Shown here one piece after another: positions 42,024 to 52,507 of a stretch of DNA of 64,000 bases. The translations under genes and the position numbers were made by a program. The DNA is from Akkermansia muciniphila (lineage in GTDB: Bacteria > Verrucomicrobiota > Verrucomicrobiia > Limisphaerales > F1-80-MAGS106): the NCBI GenBank assembly GCA_945865375.1, contig CAMBEJ010000004.1, positions 14,650 through 78,649 of the forward strand. Reading direction: 5' to 3'. The stretch's first letter is position 1; every line of letters begins with the position of its first letter. Under the pieces are notes generated by a model. That model had not been told where the DNA came from. It was given only the letters and a program-made list of their open reading frames with translations, and made no database searches.

Positions 42024-42417
42024 ATGAGCTATCACCCTAAAAAGAGCAGTTGAGGGTCTCGAATTCTCGCAACTCATTCCATTTGCAATTTGTTGTACAA
42101 ATTCATGTTGCAACCAAGAAGGTGAACTACGGAGCAGTTGGATTCCATATCAGTTCAGGCACTTACAAAAAGGAATGACTCTCAACTGCTTTTTTTAGGA
42201 TCACGGAACAATCAAAAACGGTGTGGTGGTCTTGGAACCCGGAACCAGTTTGCCCGAAGGCACGAGCGTGAAGGTGGAGCCAGATCCCGTTCCCGCTCCG
42301 GAGGACGATCCGCTCTGGCACATTCCGGACCTCGCAGTGGATACCGGGATTCCTGACCTGGCCGCAAACATCGACCATTATCTCTACGGACACCCGAAGG
42401 TCACCGATGGCCAGTAG
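42024..42417 (+). pseudogene. Antitoxin (DUF104/AF2212-like) interrupted by a MITE
   Basis: Removing the MITE and one ATCAC restores MSYHGTIKNGVVVLEPGTSLPEGTSVKV...DLAANIDHYLYG. Confidence 0.8.
42036..42199. mobile_element. 164-bp MITE (family B), copy 2
   Basis: Same TIRs as 23763-23926; flanked by ATCAC direct repeats. Confidence 0.92.
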
Positions 42418-42834
42418 CACCATCCTGCTGGACACGAACGGGTGGCTCGCGCTCCTCAACGCGCGCGACGCCTTGCACGATGCGGCGCAGACCGTCTGGA
42501 GAAGTCTTATCGGCGAACGGGCCGAATTGGTCTTTACCGACTGGATTGTGGCCGAGACTGGCAACGGTCTGGCGAGGACCACAGCGCGAAGGCGCTTTGT
42601 GGAGTCGCTCGAACAAATGCGCCGCAGCCCAAGAGTCAGGGTCGTTTTTGTTGACTCAGACATCATGGAGCGCGCGATTGATTTGTATGCCGACCGCCCC
42701 GACAAGACCTGGGGCCTCGTGGACTGCGCCAGCTTCGCGGTGATGGCGGACGAGGGCATCACCGCGGCGTTCACCACGGACCGGCACTTCGAGCAGGCCG
42801 GCTCAAGTGCCTGCTGCCGCTTTCTCCGGGCTGA
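42407..42834 (+). CDS. vapC: PIN-domain toxin VapC; one base missing near the 3' end
   Basis: ILLDTNGWLA, WGLVDCASF, AFTTDRHFEQAG; one added T gives FKCLLPLSPG*. Confidence 0.85.
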
Positions 42835-42888
42835 GGCGTTTCGACGCGGCTGGCTTGGCGGCTTCTCACGCGACCCCCCTTTCATCCG

Positions 42889-43122
42889 TCAACGGGAGGA
42901 ATTTGTAGCCGAGGTAAACATCGCACAGCCCATCGCCACCATCGCAACGGTGACCTGGCATTCGAAGAAGCTCGGCACGTAGCTGAACGTCAGCCGGTGG
43001 TCGGTGAAGGCGGTTTGCAACTCGTGAAGGTTCGGGTCCACCGGCCCGGCACCACGAGGTTCAAGCGCGTTCAAGCGCACCGCCATGAAGCTGCACGCGA
43101 TGAGCAGGCCGGCCACGCCCAC
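42889..43122 (-). pseudogene. C-terminal fragment of a NrfD/PsrC-like membrane subunit
   Basis: AVRLN...LQTAFTDHRLTFSYVPSFFE; lies upstream of the TtrA-like remnant. Confidence 0.5.
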
Positions 43123-43294
43123 TGCCCACGGTTTGTGGGGTCATCATTCGGGTCAGTTCCTGACTATTTGATCACGTCACGAGGGAGTTTTGGCATTGTG
43201 GGGCGCAAAGTTCTTGTCGCCATCGTTGCTCGAGCCGACCAGGCAGTCGGCGATGCGCAGGCGCGGGACTGTCTGCGCTACGACAAAAGAAGCA

Positions 43295-46200
43295 CTACAA
43301 CTTCAGCCTGACACGATAAAACTCGGCTGCCGAGTTGGCGCCCAGCGGAATGGGCACCTCGTGCGTCTGATTCGCCGCCGTCGCGCCAATCTCTCTGACA
43401 GACTTCCAGACGCCCCCGAGGATCGAAGAACTCGACTCAACCACATAACCTCTCCCAGCGACGCCGGCAAACCGCAACACGAAATCTGGGCCGACGGCGG
43501 GCACCCGGGCCACATGAACAACTTCGACCCGCAACAGACTTGCCTTGTCCCTCGGATTTGTTCCCGCCAGGAACTCGGCGGCGTTCGTGAACCCGTCGGC
43601 ATCCGGATCGGCTGTGGAACCGCTGATTTTCGAATCTCCCAGCTCCGCGCTCGAAAAATGCCGCGCCTGAAACGCCTCGTAGGAGTTCGCATCCACCACG
43701 CTGGGGCTCTTATGCGCGAGAACTTGGAGGTCAAAACCGACATCGCTGCTCGTAGCACCGGACTGATGCACCTCCGCTGCAAGGGTGTTTGATCCGGGAG
43801 AAAGAAACGATGGATCGACGGTGAACTCAAAAAATGTGGTCTCGTCGGACCCCCCTGTTGTGGCGGGCGCAAGCGTGCCAAACACGATCACCCCTTCGGG
43901 CATGTTGTCGCGCACCACCTCCTTTCCGTTCAAATAGATCACGGCTCCGTCGTCCCGTTGAAGTTTGAATGTAAGCCCGGTGATTCGGTTGGTCTGGGCG
44001 AGATCAAAACGGGCACGAAGATAGGTTGTGATGTATTTCGCCTGTGAGCTCGGTCCAAACCCCACAACGGTGACCTCCCCATCGCCCCCATAACCTAACC
44101 GCGCGTTTCCGGACTTCCACGACCCGTCATCAAAAGTCTTGCTGCGCCATGCTGTCCCCTGATCCGCTCCCGTATCCAGGTATTTCCAAACCGAGCCCGT
44201 CGCAAACAGAGAAACAGTTTCGGGCACGCTCTGAATGTCGACGCTCAGATCGGCCGATTTTTCAAACTCCCCGTCGCCCACGGTGAGCCGAAGCCCATAG
44301 ACGCCAGCCGAAGAGAACCGCGCTACAGCAACGGGCAATGAATCGTCCTCGAAAGTCACCAATCCGGGCGCCGACACCACCGACCAACGCACCGTCAACT
44401 TTCCAGGAGGGGACGGAAGCCCGTCATCGGTGACTCGTCCCTGTAGTGTCACTGAAAAAGGGAAGGCATTGGTCTGAACCGACACCGAAGGCCCGGGGCT
44501 GACGATAGGAGGCCGGTTTCCGGCCGCGTCAAACCCAGGGGTCGGCTCAAAAACGGCCCGCCAGTTCCTGGGATCGTTGGCGTATTCATCCAACTTGATC
44601 CGTTGGATCGACCCGCCCTGCCCCGCCTGAAACTCCGGCCAAGGCGCACGATTGTCATAGCGGACGCTATCGACCGCGACGTAGGGAACCACGATGCCGC
44701 TGGCTGTGACTTCCGACGGTTCTGGCCGTTGAAGCTCAAGCAACTCGCCACCCTGGGACAAAGTGCCACCAATAGCTGAAAACACTCCCACAGCAGCGGA
44801 GATCCCATACCGGTTGCGGACGTAAACCGCGTCGGCGGTCGTCACCAATGCCAGACCCTTAGGCGGTAGCACGATGCCCGGCGGAAACACAAATCCGAAC
44901 CCTTCAAGTCTCCAGGCATTGGTCGGCGCCTGGGTGTCAAAGAGCGCGACGGGCGAATCCGTAATGTTCTTGATCTCAACGAAACGCTCCTCCCCTGGAG
45001 CAGGCAGATACCGGATCTCCTGAATGACAACGGGGCCCGCGAACGGCCCCGCATTCGCGGCCCCGAATGAGCTTCGGACCTGGGCCGGATAGGAGACCTT
45101 TCCGGCGCTGTTGGTGTATCGGCCAAATGAAACCCCGTTCGCCGCCGCTCCAAAGGCAAAGCCGTCGCTATAACCCGTCAAGTTGCCCAGCGAGTTCGCT
45201 GAAAAAAGAGCGACTTCCTCCCCGTGAGAACTCAGGGTGAAACTCGGATCGACCCCTGGTTTTGGATTGAAATCCGCCTCAGTCACTACCAGAAATCCAC
45301 CCGGTGCGATGACAGATTTCGGGGGAAACCGAAATTTCGAAGGCTCCCGCCGATCGTCAGTCAAAAACCAGAAACTGATGTCGGCCGGTTCACTGCCCGA
45401 GTTCAGCAACTCGATCATGTCAATTTGCGGAAGGTCAGTATGAGTGAGTATCTCGCTGATCACCACTGGAGCAATGGAGGCCTCTGGATCGGAGGAACCG
45501 GGGGATCCTCCTACCGAGAAACTCGCCCTCCAACCGGAAGGGTCGCTGAGGGGCATCCCAGGGAGCAAGCGACGCGGCACCAGGGAAAAACCCGAACCGT
45601 CAGCCGACTCAGGCCAAGGCGCTGAATCCTTGTATTCCAACGAAATGACAGAGATTCCAGCGGCATTCACAAGAGTGATTCTCTCCCCGGAGTTGCTCAA
45701 CTGACCCGCAAACACACCGTCGATGCGGACGGTGGGATATTTCCGTGCGAACCCAGCGGCATCTCTGACGAGTACCACGAAGCCATTGGGAGCCAGCTTG
45801 ATTCCGAAAGGAAACGCAAACTGGAGACCTTCCCTGAAGTGGGCGCCGCTCAAATCCAGCTCTTGGCCGGACACATTCTGAAATTCCAAAAACTCGTGCT
45901 CCTGGCCGTCTGTTGAGGGCGTTAGCAGGGGATTATACATTAACTCGGTGAGCCGCAACCCGGTTAGATCCTGAACGATGTTGAACGATACCTCGGCAAT
46001 GGCGCTCCAGGTCGTTCCGTCGTAAGCCCGCGCTTTGATGCGAACACTCCGGTCCAACTTGAGCGCAGACTGATAGACCAAAGCATCCGCCCCCACGGCG
46101 CCACCCAGATCTCTCGGATCGCTGCCATTCATTGTCAAGTAAACCGTGGCTGTTGAGGCGAGTTCCAACGAGGTCCCTGGAGGCACACTCCCTCCCGGCA

Positions 46201-48397
46201 GATTGAAGCCGGGAGCGGCAACGCGGGGATACAAATTATCCACTTTCAACTGGTTCAGGACCATGTCGGAGCGCCGTGAAATAAAGGTTCCAAGGACCGT
46301 GTTGCAAGCCTGAAGCCACGTGTCACGGGTGAAAGGCACACCCGTTTTGGCATCCCCCCATCGAGCCGACTCACCCACAACAGCTCGGTCAATCTCCTTC
46401 ATACGGGCGATGAACCGGTTCGAACATGCCAGGGCCGTCAACGCACCTCCATTGAAAAAATGACGCTGCACGTGGTCCGCCACCAACATTCTGAATTCGC
46501 TGTTCGCCTGCATTTTTTGCCAGACCCATTGTGGGTTGCTCTTGTTCAAAACGTTGCCCGCAGAATAGGGCCCCGTTCGGTCCTCGTTCACATTGAGCAG
46601 CGTGTGCTCCGCGTCATGCGCAAAAAAGCGGAACCCACCACTGGTCCCGGTTCGATCACGCATCGCGTAAAAATTGTTCGGCGAGGTGTTCCCGAGAAAA
46701 TTGGAGATGGGCGCGTCAAGGTTTCCTCCATACAAAATCACAAGCATGTAATCGATCAGATTCGGAACATCCACCAGGTTCTCCAGCGCGGCATTGACCT
46801 TGCCGTCGATGTCGCGTCCCTGGACTTTGAAATAGGCTTCGTTGGAGCTCAACCCAGCGTTCGCCTGTGTCCATAGGCGTGTCCACGCGGCCATGTTTCC
46901 GTCCGTGGCGTTGATCGTGTAAGATCCCGCCTCCACTTTGATGACATCGTAGTTTTCCGCTTTCCCGCCAAAATAGGTTTCCCCAAAGGAAGCCTCCGGT
47001 CTCTCGCATGTGTTGAACAACCCCCAATATTGCCCGTTGATATACAGGTGATAATAATCCCCTCGCTCCCCCTGGCTGCCCATCGCCAACTGGGTGTCGC
47101 GACAGAATTGATCCCGTATGAAGACGCCGCGAGAATCGCCCTGAAAACTCCACGAATAATTCTGAAAGGTTCGGAGATCGATCGCGTTAAAGGCATCCGC
47201 ACCCTTTCCCCCAAACAGGTCATACCGCAGGGTCGGATCACCGTAGTCTTCCCTGAAAAAGAATCGAAAAGCATGTTTCGGATTGCCCGTGCTCCGGCTG
47301 AAGCCGCCCCGAATCCGAATCCCGGAGTTGATTTGGAACCCCTTCTTTCCATCAGGATAAATCAGCTCCAAAGAGCAGCCTCGTTCCCAAGCCCGGCCGT
47401 CCTGTCCTGGGTTCGCGTAGATTCCCCGGCTCGAATCGAAAAGATCGTTCAGATTCATCACCACCGAAAACGAAGGGAGCGATTTTAAATCGCGGGTGAT
47501 CGTGCCGCTGAACTTTGGATTGTTCACCACATCCGGATCCATCCCGTAGTCCACCGAGTTGGCTCCCCATCGCGCCGGCCAACCTGCTGATGGCTTGCCG
47601 TCAGCGGACTGCCGGATGATGTCTCCCACAAACAAATAAGTCTCGGTGTCGACATTCGACGACCGATACCCCTCCTTAAACGCCGCCGCTCGCAGCACGG
47701 TCGTCCGCGCCACAGGAATTGGGCTCAGATAAGTGAGCCCATTTGTGAGGCTCGGGAGGGTTCCGTTCAGTGTGTAGCGGATCACAGCGCCTTCCGTTTC
47801 GCTCCAGATACCAAGCTCGAAAGGCGCCTCGAAAAAACCCCGGTCATGGGAAAATTTTGTGTCCTTGACCACCGCCAAAAAACCTCCGGCGTTCAACGCG
47901 CCGGGAGTGGGAGGTGTGAGGTACCCCACATCAAATACGCCGTCCGCTCTCTTCAACCTGCCATACGAGACATCCCGAAGCTGTTTCGGAAACTGCGGCC
48001 CGAATTCCGAGGAAATTGTCTTGCCGTCACGCCCCACCAAGGCCAGATACTCCCCATCGGATGCCAAACTAAAATTGGTGTGCAGGGGTTTCGCCGGATC
48101 CCGCCGATCCTTACCCGAAGCGAACACCACCAACCGCCCGCCCGCCGGGAGTGTGACGTTGGGAAACCGCCATAACATCAGATCGGTTGCGGAATCGGTC
48201 AGATACCAACCGTCCAAGCCCGCTGAACTCTGGGTTGAGTTCTCAATCTCTATCCAATCAACGAACTCACCGTTCTCATCGGCAAGCGTGTTCCCGTTGC
48301 TGGCCATGAATTCGGAAATGCTAATTTGCGCAAATGCTTGAAAGGCGAACAAGCTCAGGACGGTGTAGGTACAAATAAGTTTCACTCGGGGCAGCAT
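43295..48397 (-). CDS. Large surface protein with lamin-tail domains, CotH kinase-like domain, Ig/PKD-like domain and C-terminal FYRV-type domain
   Basis: ISEFMASN...DWIEI, IRIRGGFSR, YINGQYWGLFN, FFAHDAEH, ESARWGD, repeated lamin-tail domains, DPDADGFTN...FYRVRL. Confidence 0.88.
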   Translation of the reverse strand: MLPRVKLICTYTVLSLFAFQAFAQISISEFMASNGNTLADENGEFVDWIEIENSTQSSAGLDGWYLTDSATDLMLWRFPNVTLPAGGRLVVFASGKDRRDPAKPLHTNFSLASDGEYLALVGRDGKTISSEFGPQFPKQLRDVSYGRLKRADGVFDVGYLTPPTPGALNAGGFLAVVKDTKFSHDRGFFEAPFELGIWSETEGAVIRYTLNGTLPSLTNGLTYLSPIPVARTTVLRAAAFKEGYRSSNVDTETYLFVGDIIRQSADGKPSAGWPARWGANSVDYGMDPDVVNNPKFSGTITRDLKSLPSFSVVMNLNDLFDSSRGIYANPGQDGRAWERGCSLELIYPDGKKGFQINSGIRIRGGFSRSTGNPKHAFRFFFREDYGDPTLRYDLFGGKGADAFNAIDLRTFQNYSWSFQGDSRGVFIRDQFCRDTQLAMGSQGERGDYYHLYINGQYWGLFNTCERPEASFGETYFGGKAENYDVIKVEAGSYTINATDGNMAAWTRLWTQANAGLSSNEAYFKVQGRDIDGKVNAALENLVDVPNLIDYMLVILYGGNLDAPISNFLGNTSPNNFYAMRDRTGTSGGFRFFAHDAEHTLLNVNEDRTGPYSAGNVLNKSNPQWVWQKMQANSEFRMLVADHVQRHFFNGGALTALACSNRFIARMKEIDRAVVGESARWGDAKTGVPFTRDTWLQACNTVLGTFISRRSDMVLNQLKVDNLYPRVAAPGFNLPGGSVPPGTSLELASTATVYLTMNGSDPRDLGGAVGADALVYQSALKLDRSVRIKARAYDGTTWSAIAEVSFNIVQDLTGLRLTELMYNPLLTPSTDGQEHEFLEFQNVSGQELDLSGAHFREGLQFAFPFGIKLAPNGFVVLVRDAAGFARKYPTVRIDGVFAGQLSNSGERITLVNAAGISVISLEYKDSAPWPESADGSGFSLVPRRLLPGMPLSDPSGWRASFSVGGSPGSSDPEASIAPVVISEILTHTDLPQIDMIELLNSGSEPADISFWFLTDDRREPSKFRFPPKSVIAPGGFLVVTEADFNPKPGVDPSFTLSSHGEEVALFSANSLGNLTGYSDGFAFGAAANGVSFGRYTNSAGKVSYPAQVRSSFGAANAGPFAGPVVIQEIRYLPAPGEERFVEIKNITDSPVALFDTQAPTNAWRLEGFGFVFPPGIVLPPKGLALVTTADAVYVRNRYGISAAVGVFSAIGGTLSQGGELLELQRPEPSEVTASGIVVPYVAVDSVRYDNRAPWPEFQAGQGGSIQRIKLDEYANDPRNWRAVFEPTPGFDAAGNRPPIVSPGPSVSVQTNAFPFSVTLQGRVTDDGLPSPPGKLTVRWSVVSAPGLVTFEDDSLPVAVARFSSAGVYGLRLTVGDGEFEKSADLSVDIQSVPETVSLFATGSVWKYLDTGADQGTAWRSKTFDDGSWKSGNARLGYGGDGEVTVVGFGPSSQAKYITTYLRARFDLAQTNRITGLTFKLQRDDGAVIYLNGKEVVRDNMPEGVIVFGTLAPATTGGSDETTFFEFTVDPSFLSPGSNTLAAEVHQSGATSSDVGFDLQVLAHKSPSVVDANSYEAFQARHFSSAELGDSKISGSTADPDADGFTNAAEFLAGTNPRDKASLLRVEVVHVARVPAVGPDFVLRFAGVAGRGYVVESSSSILGGVWKSVREIGATAANQTHEVPIPLGANSAAEFYRVRLKL

Positions 48398-48460
48398 AAG
48401 TCGGATTTTATAGCACAAGAGGTGCCATCATTCCTGAATAAGCCATGGCGCAGCCGAAGC

Positions 48461-48946
48461 TCAATCCCTGAAGTTCACAAAAGTGAGGGATACCGGGAAC
48501 TCCTGTCCTCTCAAGGCACCCATGACAGCCTGTAAATCATCCCGGTTCTTTCCCGTCACACGCACTTCGTCACCTTGAATTTGTGTCGTCACTTTTGACT
48601 TGAGATCCCGAATAAAACCGGTCACCTCCTTGGCCACAACCGACTCAAGGCCCTGCTTGATCTTAATCACTTGTCGCGCATGACCCAACGGCGAGATATC
48701 AGGATCCTGCTTCTCAACGTTCTTCAAACTGATCTGACGTTTGGCGAGTTTGCCCATCACAATCTCGGAGAGGGCTCGGATCTTGAACTGATCCTCGGCG
48801 GACATTTTGATCTCGTTCTTTTCGAGAACGATCTCCGCCTTGCTCCCCTTAAAATCAAACCGGTTTGCCAACTCCTTATTGGCCTGGTTGATCGCATTCT
48901 CGAGCTCCATGGAGCTCACTCTGGAGACGATGTCGAAAGATGGCAT
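48461..48946 (-). CDS. yajQ: YajQ family nucleotide-binding protein
   Basis: MPSFDIVS, RFDFKGS, QIQGDEVRVTGKNRDDLQ, NFRD. Confidence 0.95.
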   Translation of the reverse strand: MPSFDIVSRVSSMELENAINQANKELANRFDFKGSKAEIVLEKNEIKMSAEDQFKIRALSEIVMGKLAKRQISLKNVEKQDPDISPLGHARQVIKIKQGLESVVAKEVTGFIRDLKSKVTTQIQGDEVRVTGKNRDDLQAVMGALRGQEFPVSLTFVNFRD

Positions 48947-48994
48947 CCGCGAAGGATAATAAATGTCCCAGGAAAATTGAAGCGAGAAATGAGC

Positions 48995-49206
48995 CTCTGA
49001 ACTCAGTAAAACGACCCTGTTTAGCTTGATGCTCGAGCAACTCCAATTCCCTGCTCCTAATCGTAATCGTAATCGTAATCGTAATCCACCCCTCTGTTTC
49101 AAGGGCAACACCCGAGGATTACGATTACGATTACGATTAGGAAAAACGGAGGAATTGAGGTTGCGCGCCCAGATCACGATTTCAACCGGTTTTACTGAGG
49201 TCTGAG
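48995..49206. mobile_element. MITE-like family A, compact copy
   Basis: Ends CTCTGAACTCAGTAAAAC / GTTTTACTGAGGTCTGAG (2 mismatches); internal (TAATCG)n...(GATTAC)n inverted tracts. Confidence 0.75.
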
Positions 49207-49207
49207 C

Positions 49208-50980
49208 CTACGCAGCCATCTCGGGATCCACCCATTTGCCGTGCTCGCGGATCAACTCCACGAGCCGGTCCACGGCTTCGACCTCTGGAATGTTGAATCT
49301 CACCGGGGATTTTCCCACGTATAAGTTGATCTTGCCAGGCGCCCCACCGACATAGCCGAAATCGGCGTCCGCCATCTCGCCCGGTCCATTCACGATGCAC
49401 CCCATGATCGCGATCTTGACACCCTTGAGATGCCGTGTGCGATCCTTGATCCGACTGGTGACAGTTTGCAGGTTGAACAAGGTGCGTCCGCAAGAGGGGC
49501 AAGCCACATAATCCGTCTTGAACGACCGACAGCCCGCCGCCTGAAGAATATTGAAGCCCAGGCGTAGGGACGCTCCGGGGCCATGCTCGCAACGCACCAA
49601 GATCGCGTCGCCAATCCCATCCGACAACAAGGAGCCAAGCACCACGGCGGCTCGCAACATCGCAATAGTGGCCGAAAAGGGAGTCCCCTCAACCGAAAGG
49701 CAGTCCTTCAAAAGAATTGGGTTTCTGCGCCCGAGCCGACGCAGGCGTGCCGTCAAAAGTCGAAACGCAGCGATGGCGGGGATATCGCAGCCGTCTCGGA
49801 CGGTGATCAATTGGGTGTCACAATTGACTTCGAAATCCAACCGAGGATCCACCTCCAACACGTTTAACTCCTCATAAACCGCCTCGGGCCGGACATCGTC
49901 CCGAGGCCGTATCTTAGCGGCAACGCCTTCCCAGACCGCGCGGGTGACAACGACACGGACGGTGTTTTCAGCACCACAAAAAAGCCCCTCGGAGAGCTCG
50001 CACGCGGCCGAGCTCCGCCTCTCAAAGGCAGAAGGACCGAAGGACGAAGGCAGTTCATCGGCCTGAGGAGGCTGCCAGGAAAGAAAGGGGATCTGCTCGA
50101 GAAGATCGTTGCACACCGGGATCTCGTTGGGGGAATCCTCCGTCAACGAAACTCGAATGGTGTCTCCAAGCCCATCGCATAGGAGGCTGCCGATCCCAAT
50201 CGCGCTTTTGATCCGGCCATCCTCTCCGTCTCCCGCCTCGGTAACTCCGAGGTGAATCGGGTAATTCCAATCATGGCCCAGCTCGTCCAACCGCGCGACC
50301 AAGAGCCGGTAGCACTCTATCATCACCTTGGGATTGCTGGACTTCATCGAAAACTTAAAGTTATGAAAGTCGCGTCTGCGGGCTATTCGCGCAAACTCAA
50401 GGGCGCTCTCCACCATCCCCAGAGGCGTGTCACCAAACCGGTTCATGATCCTGTCGCTGAGAGATCCGTGGTTGGTCCCGATGCGTAGCGCACGACCCAG
50501 TTGCTTGCAAAGCTCCACCAACGGTGCAAATCGCGCCTCAATACGATCAAGCTCCGAGTCGTATTGTTCGTCTGTATACTCCTTGATGGCGAATTTCTTG
50601 GAGTCAGAGTAGTTTCCCGGGTTAATCCGCACCACCTCAACCCATCGCGCAGCCTCCATTGCGGCTTCGGGCTTAAAATGGATGTCCGCCACAATGGGCA
50701 CCAGGCAATGACGAGCCCGCAGCTCTTGAACGATTTTCTCCAGATTCGCAGCATCCTTCACCGTGGGAGCGGTGATTCTCACCAACTGACAACCCACCGC
50801 CACCAGTTCAAGCGTCTGCTTCACGCACTCGGCTGTATCCATGGTGTCGCAGGTCAGCATGGACTGCTTGACCACGGGTTGATCTCCGCCGAGAAGAAAT
50901 CCTCCGCTGGCCAAATCGCCAATAACGATTTCGCGGGTCTTGCGCCGTGCGTAAACGTAGCGCGAAGCGCAGTATTTCAT
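49208..50980 (-). CDS. ispG: HMBPP synthase, long form
   Basis: VADIHF, RINPGN, RIGTNHGSLS, HLGVTEAG, ACPSCGRT, MGCIVNGPGE. Confidence 0.97.
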   Translation of the reverse strand: MKYCASRYVYARRKTREIVIGDLASGGFLLGGDQPVVKQSMLTCDTMDTAECVKQTLELVAVGCQLVRITAPTVKDAANLEKIVQELRARHCLVPIVADIHFKPEAAMEAARWVEVVRINPGNYSDSKKFAIKEYTDEQYDSELDRIEARFAPLVELCKQLGRALRIGTNHGSLSDRIMNRFGDTPLGMVESALEFARIARRRDFHNFKFSMKSSNPKVMIECYRLLVARLDELGHDWNYPIHLGVTEAGDGEDGRIKSAIGIGSLLCDGLGDTIRVSLTEDSPNEIPVCNDLLEQIPFLSWQPPQADELPSSFGPSAFERRSSAACELSEGLFCGAENTVRVVVTRAVWEGVAAKIRPRDDVRPEAVYEELNVLEVDPRLDFEVNCDTQLITVRDGCDIPAIAAFRLLTARLRRLGRRNPILLKDCLSVEGTPFSATIAMLRAAVVLGSLLSDGIGDAILVRCEHGPGASLRLGFNILQAAGCRSFKTDYVACPSCGRTLFNLQTVTSRIKDRTRHLKGVKIAIMGCIVNGPGEMADADFGYVGGAPGKINLYVGKSPVRFNIPEVEAVDRLVELIREHGKWVDPEMAA

Positions 50981-51001
50981 AAGATCAGGGAAATCAGCAG
51001 C

Positions 51002-52417
51002 CTACCTGGCCGGGACAGGCGCCTGCGCGGGGGGTGTGGCTCCAGGTTTATCAGCCTGTTCGATCTGCGTTTCTCCCTGGAAAAGCGCGCGAAATCTGCC
51101 GAATCTCCGAAGATCGAAGAAGGTCACGTACAACATAAACGAGATCAACAGCACCGCAAAAGCGGTCGTTGTATATTCCTGAAACCGCGCGCCCAAGGGG
51201 CGTCGGCGCACCGCTTCAATAAGAGAAAGAAGAATGTGGCCTCCATCCAGCACCGGAACAGGCAGGAGATTCATGATCGCCAGATTGATATTCAACAGCA
51301 CCAGAAAACTCAGCGCCAACCGGTAGTCCTGATGAACTTGGGAAGCCAATATCGCCAGGATGCCGACAGGTCCGCTGAGATCCTTGGCCCCCACCCCCGT
51401 CTGCTTCGAATGCCAGAGAGCGCTGATGGTTTGAACGGTCTTGTCCCAGACATCGGAGATCTGAGCCCAGGGAGTCGGGCCCGGCCGTTGCTCCTTGTAA
51501 AATTGTTTGGAGCTGTTGCCGAGAGCCACACCGATCCGCCCAATTTTCGCCGCCGGATCTTCTTTCGGGGTGATCTGTTTGGTGAGCTTTTCCTTGGCAC
51601 GTTCGATCTTGATCTCAGTAGCCTGACCTCCGCGCTTCTTGATGAGGCCGATGAGCTGTTCGCGGCTATAAATAGGAACGCCGGCGAACGCCAAGATGAC
51701 GTCCTTCGACAGAAGGCCAGCCTCCGCCGCAGCACCGTCTGCTTGGACATCGATGACCTCGGGATGACCCTGGGGATTGAGTTCCAATAATTTTAAACCG
51801 TCGATGGCTTCGCTGGCCTTGGCGGTCAATACGAAAGTCAGGCGTTTCCCCTGCCGCTCCATCACGACAGGCAACAAATAGGTCCTCGCCAGAGCCGTCG
51901 TGGTGTTCACATCGAACCACGATTTGACGGGCTTTCCGTTGACCTCGACGACCACGTCGCCTTCGCGAACACCCGCGAGGTACTCGGGCGATGACGGTTC
52001 GACAAAACCCACGATCGACGGGTCCACCATCACAGGGATGCCGGCAAAATAGATGAAAACCGCGATGGCGAACGCGAAGACCACGTTCATGAACGGCCCG
52101 GCAAAGGCCACGAGAATCTTGTGTAATGGTTTCGCCGGCGGCACAGCCTCCCCTGTGCCCCCCCCTTCCAGGGCCTCGGAGGTGATCATTTGGGGGAGCT
52201 TCACGTACCCTCCCGCAGGGATCCAACGCCAAGAGTATTCAATGCCGTCCTTGGTCCAGCCAAAAATCTTGGGACCGAACCCAATCGCAAATGCCTCGAC
52301 CTTCATGCCACAACGGCGTGCGACCCAATAATGCCCAAATTCATGGACGAAAATGGCTGCCCCGAACAGACATATCACCGCGCCGACCACGTAAACGATA
52401 TTAAACAATTGTTCCAT
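51002..52417 (-). CDS. rseP: RIP metalloprotease with two PDZ domains
   Basis: HEFGH, AGPFMN, NLLPVPVLDGG. Confidence 0.95.
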   Translation of the reverse strand: MEQLFNIVYVVGAVICLFGAAIFVHEFGHYWVARRCGMKVEAFAIGFGPKIFGWTKDGIEYSWRWIPAGGYVKLPQMITSEALEGGGTGEAVPPAKPLHKILVAFAGPFMNVVFAFAIAVFIYFAGIPVMVDPSIVGFVEPSSPEYLAGVREGDVVVEVNGKPVKSWFDVNTTTALARTYLLPVVMERQGKRLTFVLTAKASEAIDGLKLLELNPQGHPEVIDVQADGAAAEAGLLSKDVILAFAGVPIYSREQLIGLIKKRGGQATEIKIERAKEKLTKQITPKEDPAAKIGRIGVALGNSSKQFYKEQRPGPTPWAQISDVWDKTVQTISALWHSKQTGVGAKDLSGPVGILAILASQVHQDYRLALSFLVLLNINLAIMNLLPVPVLDGGHILLSLIEAVRRRPLGARFQEYTTTAFAVLLISFMLYVTFFDLRRFGRFRALFQGETQIEQADKPGATPPAQAPVPAR

Positions 52418-52507
52418 GCGAATTCTATGCCGATCCACGGCACGCTCTGGAATCTATATTCGACCCCCTAAAGATGCAACTTCCGTTCCATACTGAACAA
52501 GGCCGAC

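Noticed and set aside
40721-43588. Possible DGR template/variable repeat pair at the 3' end of a surface protein
   Set aside because: Mismatches involve all bases rather than adenines of one copy, and no reverse transcriptase is in the window.
50501-51790. Long antisense ORFs over ispG/rseP, ilvD, hemL and the kinases
   Set aside because: Shadow ORFs expected in GC-rich coding DNA opposite well-supported genes.
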